A stretch of DNA of 64,000 bases from Candidatus Latescibacterota bacterium (GTDB lineage Bacteria; Latescibacterota; UBA2968; UBA8231): positions 4,192,001 through 4,256,000 of the forward strand of contig OZ242214.1 of assembly GCA_965206595.1 (NCBI GenBank), read 5' to 3'. The number at the start of each line of letters is the position of its first letter. Position 1 is the first letter of the stretch. Positions 40,767-52,408 of the stretch are shown here, piece after piece. The notes under the pieces were generated by a model, which was given only the letters and a program-made list of their open reading frames with translations, ran no database searches and had not been told where the DNA came from. The position numbers and the translations under genes are program-made.

Positions 40767-41555
40767 TCAGCTTCCGTCTCCGCGTCGCCAGGCCTCGTAC
40801 TCCTCGCGCCCCTCATCATTGAGGGGGTAGTACTTGTAGAGCGATCCACCCTCGGTCAGCCTCATGCGGCTGAACCTCTCCCAGTCCTCGTGCTCTCGGG
40901 TGAGTTCGGCGACCGCGACCGCCATCTGCAGCGGCACGACCACGGCTCCGTCGTCGTCGGCGATGATGACGTCTCCCGGCATGACGAGGACGCCGGCGAC
41001 CGCGACCGGAACGTTGCAGGCCCAGGGAAACAGGTGGGTCTGCGAGGCGTAGTTCGGAGTGAAGCCGCGCAGCCACATCGGGAGGCCGATCTCCCGGATG
41101 TGGGGCCAGTCGCGGACGCAGCCGTCGGCGACGAGCCCGACTCCTCCCTGCGCCTTGAAATAGGTCGTCAACATCTCGCCTACGCAGCCGGTGTACATGT
41201 CTCCGTATGCCTGGATGCAGAGCAGGTCCCCGGGACGGACGTGGCGGAACACCTGCCACAGGGCCGACGACTTCTCGACGTTTTCCTGTGCCGCGCCGGA
41301 GGCGACGTCTTCGCGCTGGGGCATGAACTGCAGGGTGAGGGCGGAGCCGACGACCTTGGCGCCCGGGGTGCGGGGAAGCGGTCCCTGAATGAAGGTCTGG
41401 CGAATTCCCATCTTGTGCAGCATGGCCGCGGCCGTGGCGCTGCTGACCACCTGCATCGCCTCGAGAAGCTCGGCAGGCGGGCGTCTGTAGGGCGGCCCCT
41501 GGATCGGGAGCTCCAATCCCTCGGGCGGCCTAAGCTCGACATCGGGTGCATTCAT
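40767..41555 (-). CDS. RraA-like / HMG-aldolase family protein
   Basis: GSALTLQFMPQRED, GEMLTT, DGCVRD, VMPGDVIIADDDGAVVVP. Confidence 0.88.
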   Translation of the reverse strand: MNAPDVELRPPEGLELPIQGPPYRRPPAELLEAMQVVSSATAAAMLHKMGIRQTFIQGPLPRTPGAKVVGSALTLQFMPQREDVASGAAQENVEKSSALWQVFRHVRPGDLLCIQAYGDMYTGCVGEMLTTYFKAQGGVGLVADGCVRDWPHIREIGLPMWLRGFTPNYASQTHLFPWACNVPVAVAGVLVMPGDVIIADDDGAVVVPLQMAVAVAELTREHEDWERFSRMRLTEGGSLYKYYPLNDEGREEYEAWRRGDGS

Positions 41556-42081
41556 CTTTTTCTCCGTGGGCCGGCTAAACCGGCGGGGTGTCGGGTGAAT
41601 GTGATTGGCGAAGTCGCGACCCTGCAGGCAGAAGAAGTCGATCACCGAACTTGGTGCGAGCGTCGTGTGGCCGCGGCCATCCGCAGAGAATGCGTTTCCG
41701 CGGATCGGGACAGCCGATCCATCGCATCGTGCAACTCCTCTGCGGAGGTCGCTGGGCCCGGGTTCGCAGTTCCCCGGTAAGTAGACGAAAAAGCCCGAAA
41801 AGGGAAACAGCCCTGCTCCCCTGTGTACAGGATGTGTCAGGAGGCCCGTACGGTTTTATTTTGCCCTGGGGATTCAACCGCGGTCCCCCGGGATTGACCG
41901 GACCATTCCAGCTCGGCCGGTATCCGGTGCCAGTGCTCTACGTGAAGCTTGGTGCGAGATGCTTCAGGAGCGTTGGGACGTGCTGCCGGGAGGCGGCCAT
42001 TGTCGCGGCTCGTCAATCCTCTCGACCATCCGGCCCCTCCTTGGCCGGTCCACTGTCAGCGGGTTGCTTATGTTATTGGAA

Positions 42082-44085
42082 ATGATGCAGACGAAGAGAA
42101 TCTCCACCGGCGCTGCGGTAGTGTTCGCCGTCGCCCTGTCGTGGGTCGAATCCCCGGCCCTGACAATCTACCGCTTCGGCGGCGAGGAATTGCCGCCCCC
42201 TCCCGAGGCCGAATTCGACCGGGTCCTGTTCGTCCCGCGCAGCTGGGTAGACCCTGTCGATGAAGACCTGGGAGGCGAAGTCTACCAGGTCGATCTCGGC
42301 AACCGCACCCTCAAGGCTCTCCAGTACGACCCCGGGATCAACATGGCTCCCACCGCCAAGGAAAGGGGCGAAGGTATCCGGGTGTCGACTAGGCAGGCCG
42401 ATCACGAAAAGGCGGTGGACGGCGACCTGTCGACCGCCTGGTTTCCCGCACAGTACCTGTGCGCCAACTACGATCCCAACCAGGTCGGCAGCAGGAGATG
42501 CCCGGCGAACAGCGACTACCTGGCGCCTCCTCCTCCCTACTTCCTCGGCGGCGGCCGCAGGTTCATCGCCGGCGGCTACGGTCTCGGCGGCTGGACCTTC
42601 GGCCTCGGCGGCCTGTTCCTCATCGACAAAGTGAGGATCGTCTCCGGTCTCGAGGACGAGAGCGGGATCATGAAGAACTTCAAGCTCCTCGCCGCGTCCG
42701 GACGCACTGCCGATCCCCGGGGCAGCATCCAGTACTTCAACGAGATCGTCGAGATCAGGGGAAACCAGCGGAAGGTTCTCGACATCGAGTTCCCTCCCGG
42801 ACAGCGGTTCGATTTCCTGTCGATCCTGCACGCCGAGCACAACACCCCCTGGGCCGTTCACGAGGTGGAGGTTTTCGCGCGGGGATTCGTCGAAAGGGCG
42901 TCGTACGTATCCGAGGTCATGGAGTTCGACCGCGACATGGCATGGGGTGAGCTTTCCTGGTCGGGAAACCGGGATCCGGGGGCGGAAATGCGCATTCACA
43001 CCCGCAGCGGCAACACCGCTGACCAGAACCTCTACTGGAGGTTCACCGGGCTCGGGGGAACGGTCCAGGTGGAGGACGCCAATACCTACAACCGCCTTGC
43101 CCTGGGGGAGAGGGCGGGAACCACGTACGACCGGGACAACTGGACCTTCTGGTCGGCTCCGTACGACCTGGCCGACAGCTCGGGTACCCCGGTGGTCAGC
43201 CTGGGGCCCCGCAGGTTCCTGCAATTCAAGGTCGACATGTTTCCCAGGGAGGATTCGGGAAGCGAGCTCAGGGTTCTGGAGTTCCGCGCTTCCGAGCCGC
43301 TGGCGGCCAGGCTGGTCGGCGAGGTGTATCCGACCCGGGCGCAGGTTGCCGAGCCGACCTCGTTCACCTACTACCTGCGGCCGTCGATCTCGGGGGACAA
43401 CTCCGGTTTCGACGGTCTGGAGATGACGACCACCTCGATCGTCAACGGGGTGAGCCGGGTGCGGATCGGGGAGCAGGAATGGCCTTTCACAGTCACCCCT
43501 CTCGATTACGAGGGCAGCGAGTTGGCCGGGTTTCCGGCGCATCGGTTCGAGCTGACGCTCGTCGACACCAAGCTGGTGTCGCGCGCCAGCAGCACCCCGG
43601 TCGAGATCGACTTCGAGGCTCGCGTGCTGAGGTCGGGATCCGCCTTCGACCTGCGGGTCTTCGACAGCGCGCGGCCCCTGGAGGTGCGGCAGAGCGTGGC
43701 GGAAGGGGATGCCAACAACCTGATAGAGGGTGACCGCGTGTCGGTTGCGACTACCGCCAACGCCTCGTCCCTGCTGCAGGCGGAGGTGTCTCCCGCGGTT
43801 TTCACTCCCAACGGAGACCAGATCAACGACGCCGTCAGCATCTCCTACGATCTGCTGGAAATCATCGGGCTCGCCTCGGTCACCATAGATATAACGGATC
43901 TGTCAGGCCGCGTGGTGAGGCGCCTCTACGAGGGAGAGGACGCCATCGGCAACTACCAGAGGGAGTGGGACGGCAGGGACGAGTCGGGAGAGATGGTCCC
44001 CCCAGGGATTTACCTCTACTTCATCCTGGCCGATACCGACCGGGGCAGGGTGGCCGAACTGGGCAGCGTCAACATCGCCCGCTGA
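42082..44085 (+). CDS. Secreted protein with C-terminal FlgD-Ig/CHU_C-like domain (family type A)
   Basis: Signal peptide then LTIYRFGG; AVDGDLSTAW; FTPNGDQIND...DLSGRVVR...WDGRDESG..PPGIYL. Confidence 0.85.
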   Translation: MMQTKRISTGAAVVFAVALSWVESPALTIYRFGGEELPPPPEAEFDRVLFVPRSWVDPVDEDLGGEVYQVDLGNRTLKALQYDPGINMAPTAKERGEGIRVSTRQADHEKAVDGDLSTAWFPAQYLCANYDPNQVGSRRCPANSDYLAPPPPYFLGGGRRFIAGGYGLGGWTFGLGGLFLIDKVRIVSGLEDESGIMKNFKLLAASGRTADPRGSIQYFNEIVEIRGNQRKVLDIEFPPGQRFDFLSILHAEHNTPWAVHEVEVFARGFVERASYVSEVMEFDRDMAWGELSWSGNRDPGAEMRIHTRSGNTADQNLYWRFTGLGGTVQVEDANTYNRLALGERAGTTYDRDNWTFWSAPYDLADSSGTPVVSLGPRRFLQFKVDMFPREDSGSELRVLEFRASEPLAARLVGEVYPTRAQVAEPTSFTYYLRPSISGDNSGFDGLEMTTTSIVNGVSRVRIGEQEWPFTVTPLDYEGSELAGFPAHRFELTLVDTKLVSRASSTPVEIDFEARVLRSGSAFDLRVFDSARPLEVRQSVAEGDANNLIEGDRVSVATTANASSLLQAEVSPAVFTPNGDQINDAVSISYDLLEIIGLASVTIDITDLSGRVVRRLYEGEDAIGNYQREWDGRDESGEMVPPGIYLYFILADTDRGRVAELGSVNIAR

Positions 44086-44263
44086 CCAGCTGTAACTCAT
44101 TCGTAATGGATCGACGCGGCCCAGAGAGTCGCGGCGATCCATCCCCTCCAGGCAGAATGATATCCCCGATCTGAAAGACGGGATACCGGTGTCTGACGCC
44201 GGGGTCGGTCCCCTGGTGCGTCGACAGGCCTCGTCGGCTGCCAGCCGCCGGAGGGCAGGCTCG

Positions 44264-46106
44264 TCAGGCAGCCGGCAGGGTGAACCCGAAGGTCGACCCG
44301 CGGCCCAGCTCGCTGTCGACGAAGACGCGCTCGCCGTGCGCCTCGACCACGTGGCGAACGATGGAGAGCCCGAGCCGGTCCCTCCCATTTCCCGGGAGCG
44401 GCCCTTGTCGACGCGGTAGAAGCGCTCGAAAACCCGGGTGACCGCCTCCGACGGGATGCCGATCCCGGTGTCGGCGACCTGGAGGAGGATGGCCCCCGCG
44501 CTCTTTTCGCCGCCGGCGGCCAAGGGGGGCGAGGCCCCGCCGCTCCAGCTTCTTTCGGCGAGATATGGGGCCAGGTCCGCCCGGGACAGGACGCGAGCCC
44601 CGACTTCGACGCGGCCGTTTTCAGCGGAGTACTTCACCGCATTCTCGATCAGGTTGATCAGGGCCTGCTCGATCAGCTTGCGATCGCACAGGGCACGGGT
44701 CCCGGCGCCTACGGAGACGTCGATGGCGATGCCCCTGCGCGCGGCGATCTGGGCAACGGATTCTATCGAGGACTCCGCCAGGGCCCGCACGTTGCAGGGG
44801 GCGGCCTCGATATCGAGCTCGTCGGACTCGAGGCGGAGAGGTCGAGGAGATCGTTCAGCAGGTTGGTCAGACGGTCGGAATGGGTGGCGATTACCTGGAG
44901 AAAGCGTCCGGCCGCATCATCGTCATCGATGGCGCCGTCGACCAGGGTCTCGGCACAGCCCTTGATCGCGGTCAGGGGTGTTCGCAGCTCGTGCGAGACG
45001 TTGGCGACGAAATCCTTGCGCATGGTCTCCAGGCGGCGCTGGCGGGTGATGTCGTAGAACACCGCCACCGTACCGCGGCCGAGCCGCTCGGAAACGACCG
45101 GCGCCACCCTGATGTCGATGTGGCGCTCTTCGCCGCTGAGCTTGACTTCGAGGGCCGTCCCCCTTCCCGAGTTCGAGGTCTCGGCGATCGCTTCCTCGAC
45201 CCGGGTATTGCGTACCAGCTCGACCAGGGGCATGCCGGGACGCCAGCTTTCGAGCCCGAACATTCGCGTCAAGGCCGGATTGGCGAGGGCGACGCGATTG
45301 TCCGGGTCGGTTACCAGGATCCCTTCCGAGACGCTGTCGAGAATCGCCTCGAGCCGGGTTTTCTCCGTGCTGAGCTGGGCGCCGCGGTCCTGGATCTGGC
45401 TGTACATGTCTCGCAGCGCCCGGGCGAGGTCGTGAAGCTCCCTGGCTGCCAAAGCCGTCCCCGGTATGTGTCCGCCGGATCCGCCGCTCGCCATCTCCCG
45501 CGCGCTGCGGGTCATCTCGACCACCGGGCGCGACTCGAAGCGCGAGGCCCCGTAGGCGAGGACGATGGCGACGACGAGGTCGAGAAGGGAAGCCAGCCAG
45601 ACGGCGTCCCGGACATGGCCCTGGACATCCTCGACCTCGTCCAGCGGCATCGCCAGTCGCAGCACCAGCCGGTCGTCGCCGGGAACGAGCCGGGCGACGT
45701 AGAGCATGTCGGTCTTCAGGGTGTTGCTGAAGCGCAGGCTGCGGCCAACGCCGCCGGCGCGGGCGGCTTTCACCTCGGGCCTGTCGGCGTGGTTGTCGAG
45801 CCCGGGAAGGACTGCGGCTTCCACCTGGGAATCGCCGACCACTATGCCGTCGCCATCGATCAGTGTCAGCCGCAGCGCCAGGCGTTCGCCGAGCAGGTCG
45901 GCCTGCGTGTCGATCGATTGGGCGTCGAGGGACGGCTGCATCCGCTGCCAGGTCTCGCTCGCCAGCCGCGAGTCGCGGGCGAGGTTGTCCGCGATGTGGT
46001 CGACGAGGAAATTCCGCAGGTTGCGGTCGAGGTACCACTGGACGCAGACCATGACCACGACCACCATCAGCACGTAGGTCACCATCAGTTTCCAGTGGAG
46101 GCGCAT
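44264..46106 (-). pseudogene. phoR: Phosphate regulon sensor kinase PhoR, two frameshifts (~44834, ~44377)
   Basis: NHADRPEV sensor region, [49 protein letters not shown]; frame breaks at DLS|RLE and GT|GLGL. Confidence 0.85.
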
Positions 46107-46138
46107 GTCGCTACCGCGCGGAAGGTTCCAGGGGTAGG

Positions 46139-46846
46139 CTACTCGACCCTGCGCTTGCAGCGGTAGCCGACGCCGCGCACGGTCTCCACCAGCGAGGCGT
46201 CGGCGCCGAGCTTTTCGCGCAGCCGCCTGACGTGGGTGTCGACGGTGCGCGCGTAACCGGCGTACTCGTACTCCCAGACGGTGTTGAGCAGCTCCTCGCG
46301 GCTCTGCACGCGCCCGCGGCGCTCGACGAGGGTGCGCAGCAGCTTGAACTCCGTCGCCGTCAGCTCGAGGGGCTGCCCGCGCAGGTAGGCGCGGTACTCC
46401 AGCGGATCGATGCGCAGGGGGCCGGCCTCGATCGCCGCTCCCTCATCCCCCGAGGAGGCCTCCTCCTTGCCGGCGCGGTTGCGCCGCAGGATCGCCCGCA
46501 CTCTCAGCACCAGCTCCCGAGGGGAGAACGGCTTGACCACGTAGTCGTCCGCTCCCAACTCGAGGCCGACGATGCGGTCGACCTCCTCGGACCTCGCCGT
46601 CAGCATCAGCACCGATATCTCCTTGGCCGCCTCGTTCTGCTTCAGAATTCGGCAGACTTCGAGACCGTCGACACCGGGCAGCATCAGGTCGAGGATGACG
46701 AGATCGGGATCCTCCCGCTCGATGCTCTGGAGTGCGGTCTCGCCGTCGTCGTCGGTCGCCACTTCGAATCCTGATTTCCTGAGGTTGTAGCTGACGACTT
46801 CCTGGATATCGGGTTCGTCCTCGACTACGAGAACTTTCGAGGTCAT
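46139..46846 (-). CDS. phoB: PhoB/OmpR-family response regulator
   Basis: VLVVEDE, LDLMLP, GADDYVVKPFS, RTVDTHVRRLREKL, TVRGVGY; ATGA coupling with phoU. Confidence 0.9.
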   Translation of the reverse strand: MTSKVLVVEDEPDIQEVVSYNLRKSGFEVATDDDGETALQSIEREDPDLVILDLMLPGVDGLEVCRILKQNEAAKEISVLMLTARSEEVDRIVGLELGADDYVVKPFSPRELVLRVRAILRRNRAGKEEASSGDEGAAIEAGPLRIDPLEYRAYLRGQPLELTATEFKLLRTLVERRGRVQSREELLNTVWEYEYAGYARTVDTHVRRLREKLGADASLVETVRGVGYRCKRRVE

Positions 46847-47550
46847 CGTTCTGCTCCGTTGGTAGGTGGTCCCTTGCCCTCCCCCCACCAGGATGCCTTC
46901 TGGTGGGGGACGATTCTGCCTTCGACGAAGAAGGCGGCGTTCTCGGCGATGTTGGAAGCGTGATCGCCGATGCGTTCGAAGTGCCTGCTTATCAAAATCA
47001 GGTGGATGGCGCGGTCGACGGTGTCGGGCTGGCCGCCTTTGAGGTAGGTGAGCAGTTCGCGGAAGATCTGGTCCCGAAGGTTGTCGTCGTCGTCGTCCCG
47101 CCTGCACACCTGGCGGGCGATGTCGACATTGCGCTGCACGAAAGCGTCGAGGGCGTCCTTCACCATGCGCTGCGTCATCTCCGCCATGCGCGGGATGTCG
47201 ATCAGCGGCTTGAGCATCGGAAGCTGGTTCAGGACCAGGGCGCGCTCGGCGATGTTGACGGCCTGGTCGTTTATGCGCTCGAGGTCGTAGTTGACCTTCA
47301 TCATCATGGCGAGCAGGCGCAGGTCCGAGGCGACCGGTTGGTGGGTGGCCAGCAGCTTGAGAATCTCCTCTTCGATCGCCACCTCCCAGTCGTCGATGCG
47401 GGCGTTGCCGGCGATGACCTCCTCGGCAAGGCGGTCGTCCTGGTCGACGAGGGCGCGGTTGGCGTCGTGGATCGATTCCTCGACGGCCGCTCCCATTTTC
47501 AGGAACTCGCTCTTCAATTCGTCGATTTTGTGCGAGAGCTGTGATTCCAT
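46843..47550 (-). CDS. phoU: Phosphate signalling complex protein PhoU
   Basis: QPVASDLR, DLERINDQAVNIA, ERIGDHASNIAE. Confidence 0.95.
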   Translation of the reverse strand: MESQLSHKIDELKSEFLKMGAAVEESIHDANRALVDQDDRLAEEVIAGNARIDDWEVAIEEEILKLLATHQPVASDLRLLAMMMKVNYDLERINDQAVNIAERALVLNQLPMLKPLIDIPRMAEMTQRMVKDALDAFVQRNVDIARQVCRRDDDDDNLRDQIFRELLTYLKGGQPDTVDRAIHLILISRHFERIGDHASNIAENAAFFVEGRIVPHQKASWWGEGKGPPTNGAER

Positions 47551-47563
47551 CTCCGTAGTTCCC

Positions 47564-48391
47564 TCAGCCGAAACGGCCGGTTACGTACTCCTCGGTCTGG
47601 TCGAGGCGAGGATTGGTGAAGATCTGATCGGTGCGTCCCATTTCGACGAGCCTGCCCATGTAGAAGAAGGCGGTGTAGTCGGAAACGCGGGAAGCCTGCT
47701 GCATGTTGTGGGTGACGATGACGATCGTGTAGCGCTGCTTGAGCTCGGCGATCGTCTCCTCGACGCGCGCCGAGGCGATCGGGTCGAGGGCCGAGCAGGG
47801 TTCGTCCATCAACAGCACCGATGGCTCGACCGCCAGGGCCCGGGCGATGCACAACCTCTGCTGCTGTCCCCCCGACAGCTCGAGGGCGTTGTCGTCCAGG
47901 CGGTCCTTGACTTCCTCCCACAGGGCGGCCGATTTCAGGCCGCGCTCGACCGCTTCGTCGAGGGCGGAGCGGTCCTTCTCTCCGGCGATGCGCAGGCCGT
48001 AGGCGACGTTCTCGTACACCGACTTCGGGAAGGGGTTCGACCTCTGAAACACCATGCCGACGCGGCGGCGCAGCTCGATGGCGTCGAAGTCGGGAGCGTA
48101 GATGTCCTGCCCTTCCAGGGTGAGGGTGCCCTCGATGCGGACCGAATCGATGAGATCGTTGAGGCGGTTGATGCAGCGCAGCAGGGTGGACTTGCCGCAC
48201 CCGGACGGGCCTATCAGCGCGCACACCTGGTTCCTGGGGATCTGCAGGACGATCTCGAACAGGGCCTGGGTATCGCCGTAGTAGAGACTCAGGCGGCCGA
48301 CGTCGATCAGGGGGGCGTCGATCTCCAGAGAAGCCCTGCGGGGAACGACGTCGTCCCCTTCGGCCAGCACCTCGACAACCGGATCGTTCAC
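47564..48391 (-). CDS. pstB: Phosphate ABC transporter ATP-binding protein
   Basis: [55 protein letters not shown]. Confidence 0.95.
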   Translation of the reverse strand: MNDPVVEVLAEGDDVVPRRASLEIDAPLIDVGRLSLYYGDTQALFEIVLQIPRNQVCALIGPSGCGKSTLLRCINRLNDLIDSVRIEGTLTLEGQDIYAPDFDAIELRRRVGMVFQRSNPFPKSVYENVAYGLRIAGEKDRSALDEAVERGLKSAALWEEVKDRLDDNALELSGGQQQRLCIARALAVEPSVLLMDEPCSALDPIASARVEETIAELKQRYTIVIVTHNMQQASRVSDYTAFFYMGRLVEMGRTDQIFTNPRLDQTEEYVTGRFG

Positions 48392-48400
48392 GGAGGCAGC

Positions 48401-50009
48401 CTAGAAGGTGGATGGCACGTAGCGCATGCGCAGGCGCCTGCGCACGACGATGGCGGTGAGGTTGAGCACCATCACCAGGGCGAGGAGAAGGAAGGTCGTC
48501 GCGTACACCATCGGCCGCGCCGCCTCGACGTTGGGCGACTGGAAGCCGACGTCGTAGATGTGAAACCCGAGGTGCATGAACTTGCGCTCGAGGTGAAGGA
48601 ACGGAAAGACGCCGTCCAGGGGGAGGTCGGGGGCCAGTTTCACCACGCCGGTAATCATCAACGGCGCCACCTCCCCGGCGCCGCGCGCGGTCGCCAGGAT
48701 GACGCCGGTGAGAATTCCGGGCAGCGCCCCCGGCAGGACGACGCGCCAGATCATCTGCAGCTTGGTCGAGTCGAGGGCCAGCGAACCCTCGCGAATGCCG
48801 GCGGGGACGGAGCTCAGCGCTTCCTCGGTGGCGACGATGACGACCGGGAGGGTGAGCAGGGCAAGGGTCAGCGAGGCCCACAGGATACCACCCGTGCCGA
48901 ACGTCGGCGCCGGCAGGGCCGCGGAAAAAAACAGGTGGTCGACGATGGCTCCGACGCCGTAGACGAAGAACCCGAGGCCGAACATCCCGAACACGATCGA
49001 GGGGACGCCGGCGAGATTGTTGACGGCGATGCGGATCATGCGTACCAGCGGCCCCTGCCGGGCGTACTCGCGCAGGTACAGGGCGGCAAGGACTCCGAAA
49101 GGGACGACGGCGAGGGTCATGATGATGACCATCATCACGGTGCCGAACAGCGCCGGGAAGATGCCCCCCTCGGTGTTCGACTCGCGCGGTTGCCCGCTGA
49201 GGAACTCCCATGCCTTGCCGGCGTAGGTGGCCGCCTTTGCGGCGGTTCCCATCTGGTTGGGCAGGTAGAGCCGGACTACGTCGGCGAGCTTTACCCTGCG
49301 CGTCCGGCCCGAGGCGAGAGTGACCACGAGCTCGTCTTCCTCCGCCTGCCGGCGCAGTTCGGACAGGCGCGCGGTCAGGGTTTCGTGCTGCTCCCGGAGC
49401 ACCTGCCGCCGCGCCGCGAGACGCTCCAGGCCGGCCGCGAACCGGTCCTCGAGCTGTAGCTGGCGTTCCTGCAGCCGGATCTCCTCGTACCGCGGCGATG
49501 TCGTCCCGTTCCAGCCGCCGGATCCTCCTCCGCAGGGCGTCGACCCGGGTGCGCGCCGCGGCGAGCTGGTCCCAGGCGAGGGGCGTATCGAGCGCCACCG
49601 GCTCGCCCCCGTCGACCGCGAAGGAGGTGAGGATCCCGAGCATGTCTCCCCACTCGATCCGCTCGATGACGGCCGCTTCGGCGGGGAAGGTGATGGAGGC
49701 GATTCCCGCCTCCGGAATCCAGCGAAAATCCAGCCCGTACACGTCGCGGTTCCCGGTCTTGACCTGGAGGCGGTAGGCCGCCCCGGCCCCGGTGTCGTCC
49801 GCGGGCATCTCCTGGCGCTGGAGGATTTCACCGAGGACCGCGGTGCCGTCGGCCAGCTCGATCCGGGCGACGTCCCGGGGCCAGAAGAACCCCAGCCCGT
49901 TGACCGCGACCACCGAGATGAGCCCGGCGACGATCAGCAGGCAGAAGGCCAAGGCACTTCCCGCGAGCCAGATGAAGGGGTCGCCGCTGCGCAGAAATGA
50001 CGATCTCAT
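48401..50009 (-). pseudogene. pstA: Phosphate ABC transporter permease PstA (long form), frameshift ~49490
   Basis: N-terminal GDPFIWL..GLGFFWP; C-terminal RESNTEGGIFPALFGT, NLAGVPSIVFG, ARGAGEVAPL; the two halves are in different frames. Confidence 0.85.
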
Positions 50010-52255
50010 ACGCGCCTGTACCTCTCCCGGAGGCGCTGGCGCACCCCTTCCGCATGGTATTGAGCAGAAAGGTGACTGCGAACAGCAGCAGGCCGCTGAG
50101 GAACAGCACGCGATACAGGGAACCTTGGTGGGGCGCTTCCGGCAGTTCGACGGCGATGTTGGCCGAGATTGTGCGCATGCCGTTGAAGACCGACCACTCC
50201 ATGATCGGTGTGTTTCCCGTCGCCATCAGGACGATCATGGTCTCGCCGCCGGTGCGCCCGAAACCGATCATGTCGCGGAGAAGAGACCGGGGACAGCCAT
50301 CGGCAGGACGACCCGGGTCGCGGTCTGCCATTGGGTCGCCCCCAGCGCCAGGGAGCCAGCCCGCAGGTCCCTGGGGGCGCTGAAGAGGGAGTCCTCGCAG
50401 ATCGTGAAGACCAGGGGAATGACCGCAAAGCCCATGGCGAAGCCGATGACGAGGGCGTTGCGCTGGTCGTAACGTACCTCGGCGTCCCTGAGCCAGTGCT
50501 GGAATCCGCCGTCGAACAGCATCCTCTCGACCGCTGGGGCGGCTGCCAGGGCGATGGCGGACGCCGCGGCAGTTACCGTGATCAGAAGGGCGAACTCGCC
50601 GTAAACCGGCATGTTCCGGTGCAGACCGGGAATCGAGTGCAACAGCCAGGAGGTGCCTGCCACCGCCAACGGCACCGTGCACAACAAGCCGGCGACACCG
50701 ATAACGTGGTGCTGGAGCAGGGGAGCGAGCCACATGCCCGCGAGAAAACCGAGGATCACGCTCGGCAGGGAAGCCATGATCTCGACCGCCGGCTTGACGA
50801 CGTTGCGAAGCCCTGGACGGGCGAACTCGGAGGTGTAGATGGCGGCGAGCACGGCCAGCGGCAGGGTGAAGAGCATGGCGTAGATCGTCCCCTTCACCGT
50901 GCCGAAAACCAGCGGCACCATGCTCAGCTTCGGTTCGAACTCGTCGGTTCCCCCGGTAGACTGCCAGACGTGGTCCGGCTCGGGGTAGCCCTCGTACCAG
51001 ACCTCGCCGAACAGCGACTGCAGGCTGATTTCCGGATGCGGATTGGAGAGCGCGAATCGGTTCACCAGGTGGGGTCCGGCGACGAGGAAGCCGTCCGCTT
51101 TCGGGGCGCAGGCAATGGCGGTAACCGGGCCTGCCCCGGAGTCGAGGTCGAAGAAGGTCTGCTCCGAGGTTGCATGGTGCAGGGCCACCCGCCCGGACTC
51201 GGAGCCGGTGAGAAACTGCCTGTCGCGAGCGGAGGGAGCGATGCAGGTGATGGCGCCGTCCCGGGCGGCGAAGGTGTGGATCCGCTGGTATCTCCTCGAG
51301 CCCACTCGCCGCGCTCCGGCACTTCGAACCAGACGCTCAACTCCCCCGCGGCGTCGCCGACTGCGAGCGAGAGGTCGCCGAGCAGGAATTCGAGCGCCGT
51401 AATCGGGCGCTCGGAGACGCTCAGGGTCCGGGAGTACCGTGGCGGCGTTCCGGCATCCTCCAGCGACCACTCGATGATCTCGCCCGTCGCCGTCCCGGGC
51501 AGCAGCTGGCGCCCTCTCCCGTCGACGAGGACGCTGCGGGCGGGTGCCGGCAGCTGCGGGGTGAGGTCGTGCACTCCGCGCTCCACCTCGCCGGGACCGG
51601 GAAGGTTGCCCCTGCGGGTGCGGATTACGGCCCTCAGGTCACCTGCGGCCGAGAGGCTGGCAAGCACGGACCGCTCGCGGTCGCCCCGGTAGGAAAGGCG
51701 CACCGGGGGGTCGCCGATTTCGTGCACCTGCAGCGGCGGTGCGAAGAAGACTTCCGGGGCGACGACGCGCTTGCCGTCGACGAAATCGACCTCGAAGCGG
51801 ATGGTGCCGGTCAGGACGCGCCCGTCGGACAGTCCTACGGCGAGCTGCTCGCCGCGGTGGCAGGCCGCGGTGAGGACCGCCTCGCCCAGTCGCCGGGAGC
51901 GACCCGGCGCACGGTTTCACCGGATGGCAGGCCCCGGAACTCCAATCCGCTCGGGACAACGGCGAAGGCGATTTCCCGGTAGGGGTCGACGCCCACCGCC
52001 AACGGCGGTCCTTCCGCCAGCGTAATCGACCCGGTGGGATGAACTTCCGCACCGCCGAAGAGCGGGTAGGTCTCCCTGACGACGAACACGAAGATTCCCA
52101 GGACCGCGGCGATGATCCCGATGCCCCCGCCGGCGATGAGGTAGCGCCCGAGGCGAATCGAAAAGCCGGGTGCGGGCACTGATGCCCCTGCGGGGGACCG
52201 GGGCCATCATGGCCGGGGAATCCTGCCGGAAAGCATCAGGATCCTGCTGTTTCAA
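50006..52255 (-). pseudogene. pstC: Phosphate ABC transporter permease PstC (long form with WD40-like domain), about five frameshifts
   Basis: TTG start after AAGGAG; YEGYPEP..WQSTGGTDEFEPKLS, KPAVEIMASLPSV, GETMIVLMATGN, ELPEAP; frame breaks near 52157, 51890, 51305, 50272 and 50052. Confidence 0.85.
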
Positions 52256-52316
52256 TCTTGACTCCTTCGTATAAACCCCATTTTGAGGATGTTCAGCGAT
52301 TCAGCACATTAGAGCG

Positions 52317-52364
52317 CCACTATATATTGGCCAACAAAGACAAGGCATACACTATATGTTGTGT
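52317..52364. promoter_or_regulatory. Tandem NrdR-box-like operators
   Basis: CCACTATATATTGGCC (52317-52332) and ACACTATATGTTGTGT (52349-52364), starts 32 bp apart; consensus acaCwAtATaTwGtgt. Confidence 0.65.
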
Positions 52365-52408
52365 GATAAACCGGGCATTCTGAGCGACGTAGGGTTTTTA
52401 CGAGAGAA

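Noticed and set aside
41785-41815. c-di-GMP riboswitch-like CCCGAAAAGGG hairpin
   Set aside because: Lacks the flanking GCAAA elements and second stem of the class I aptamer
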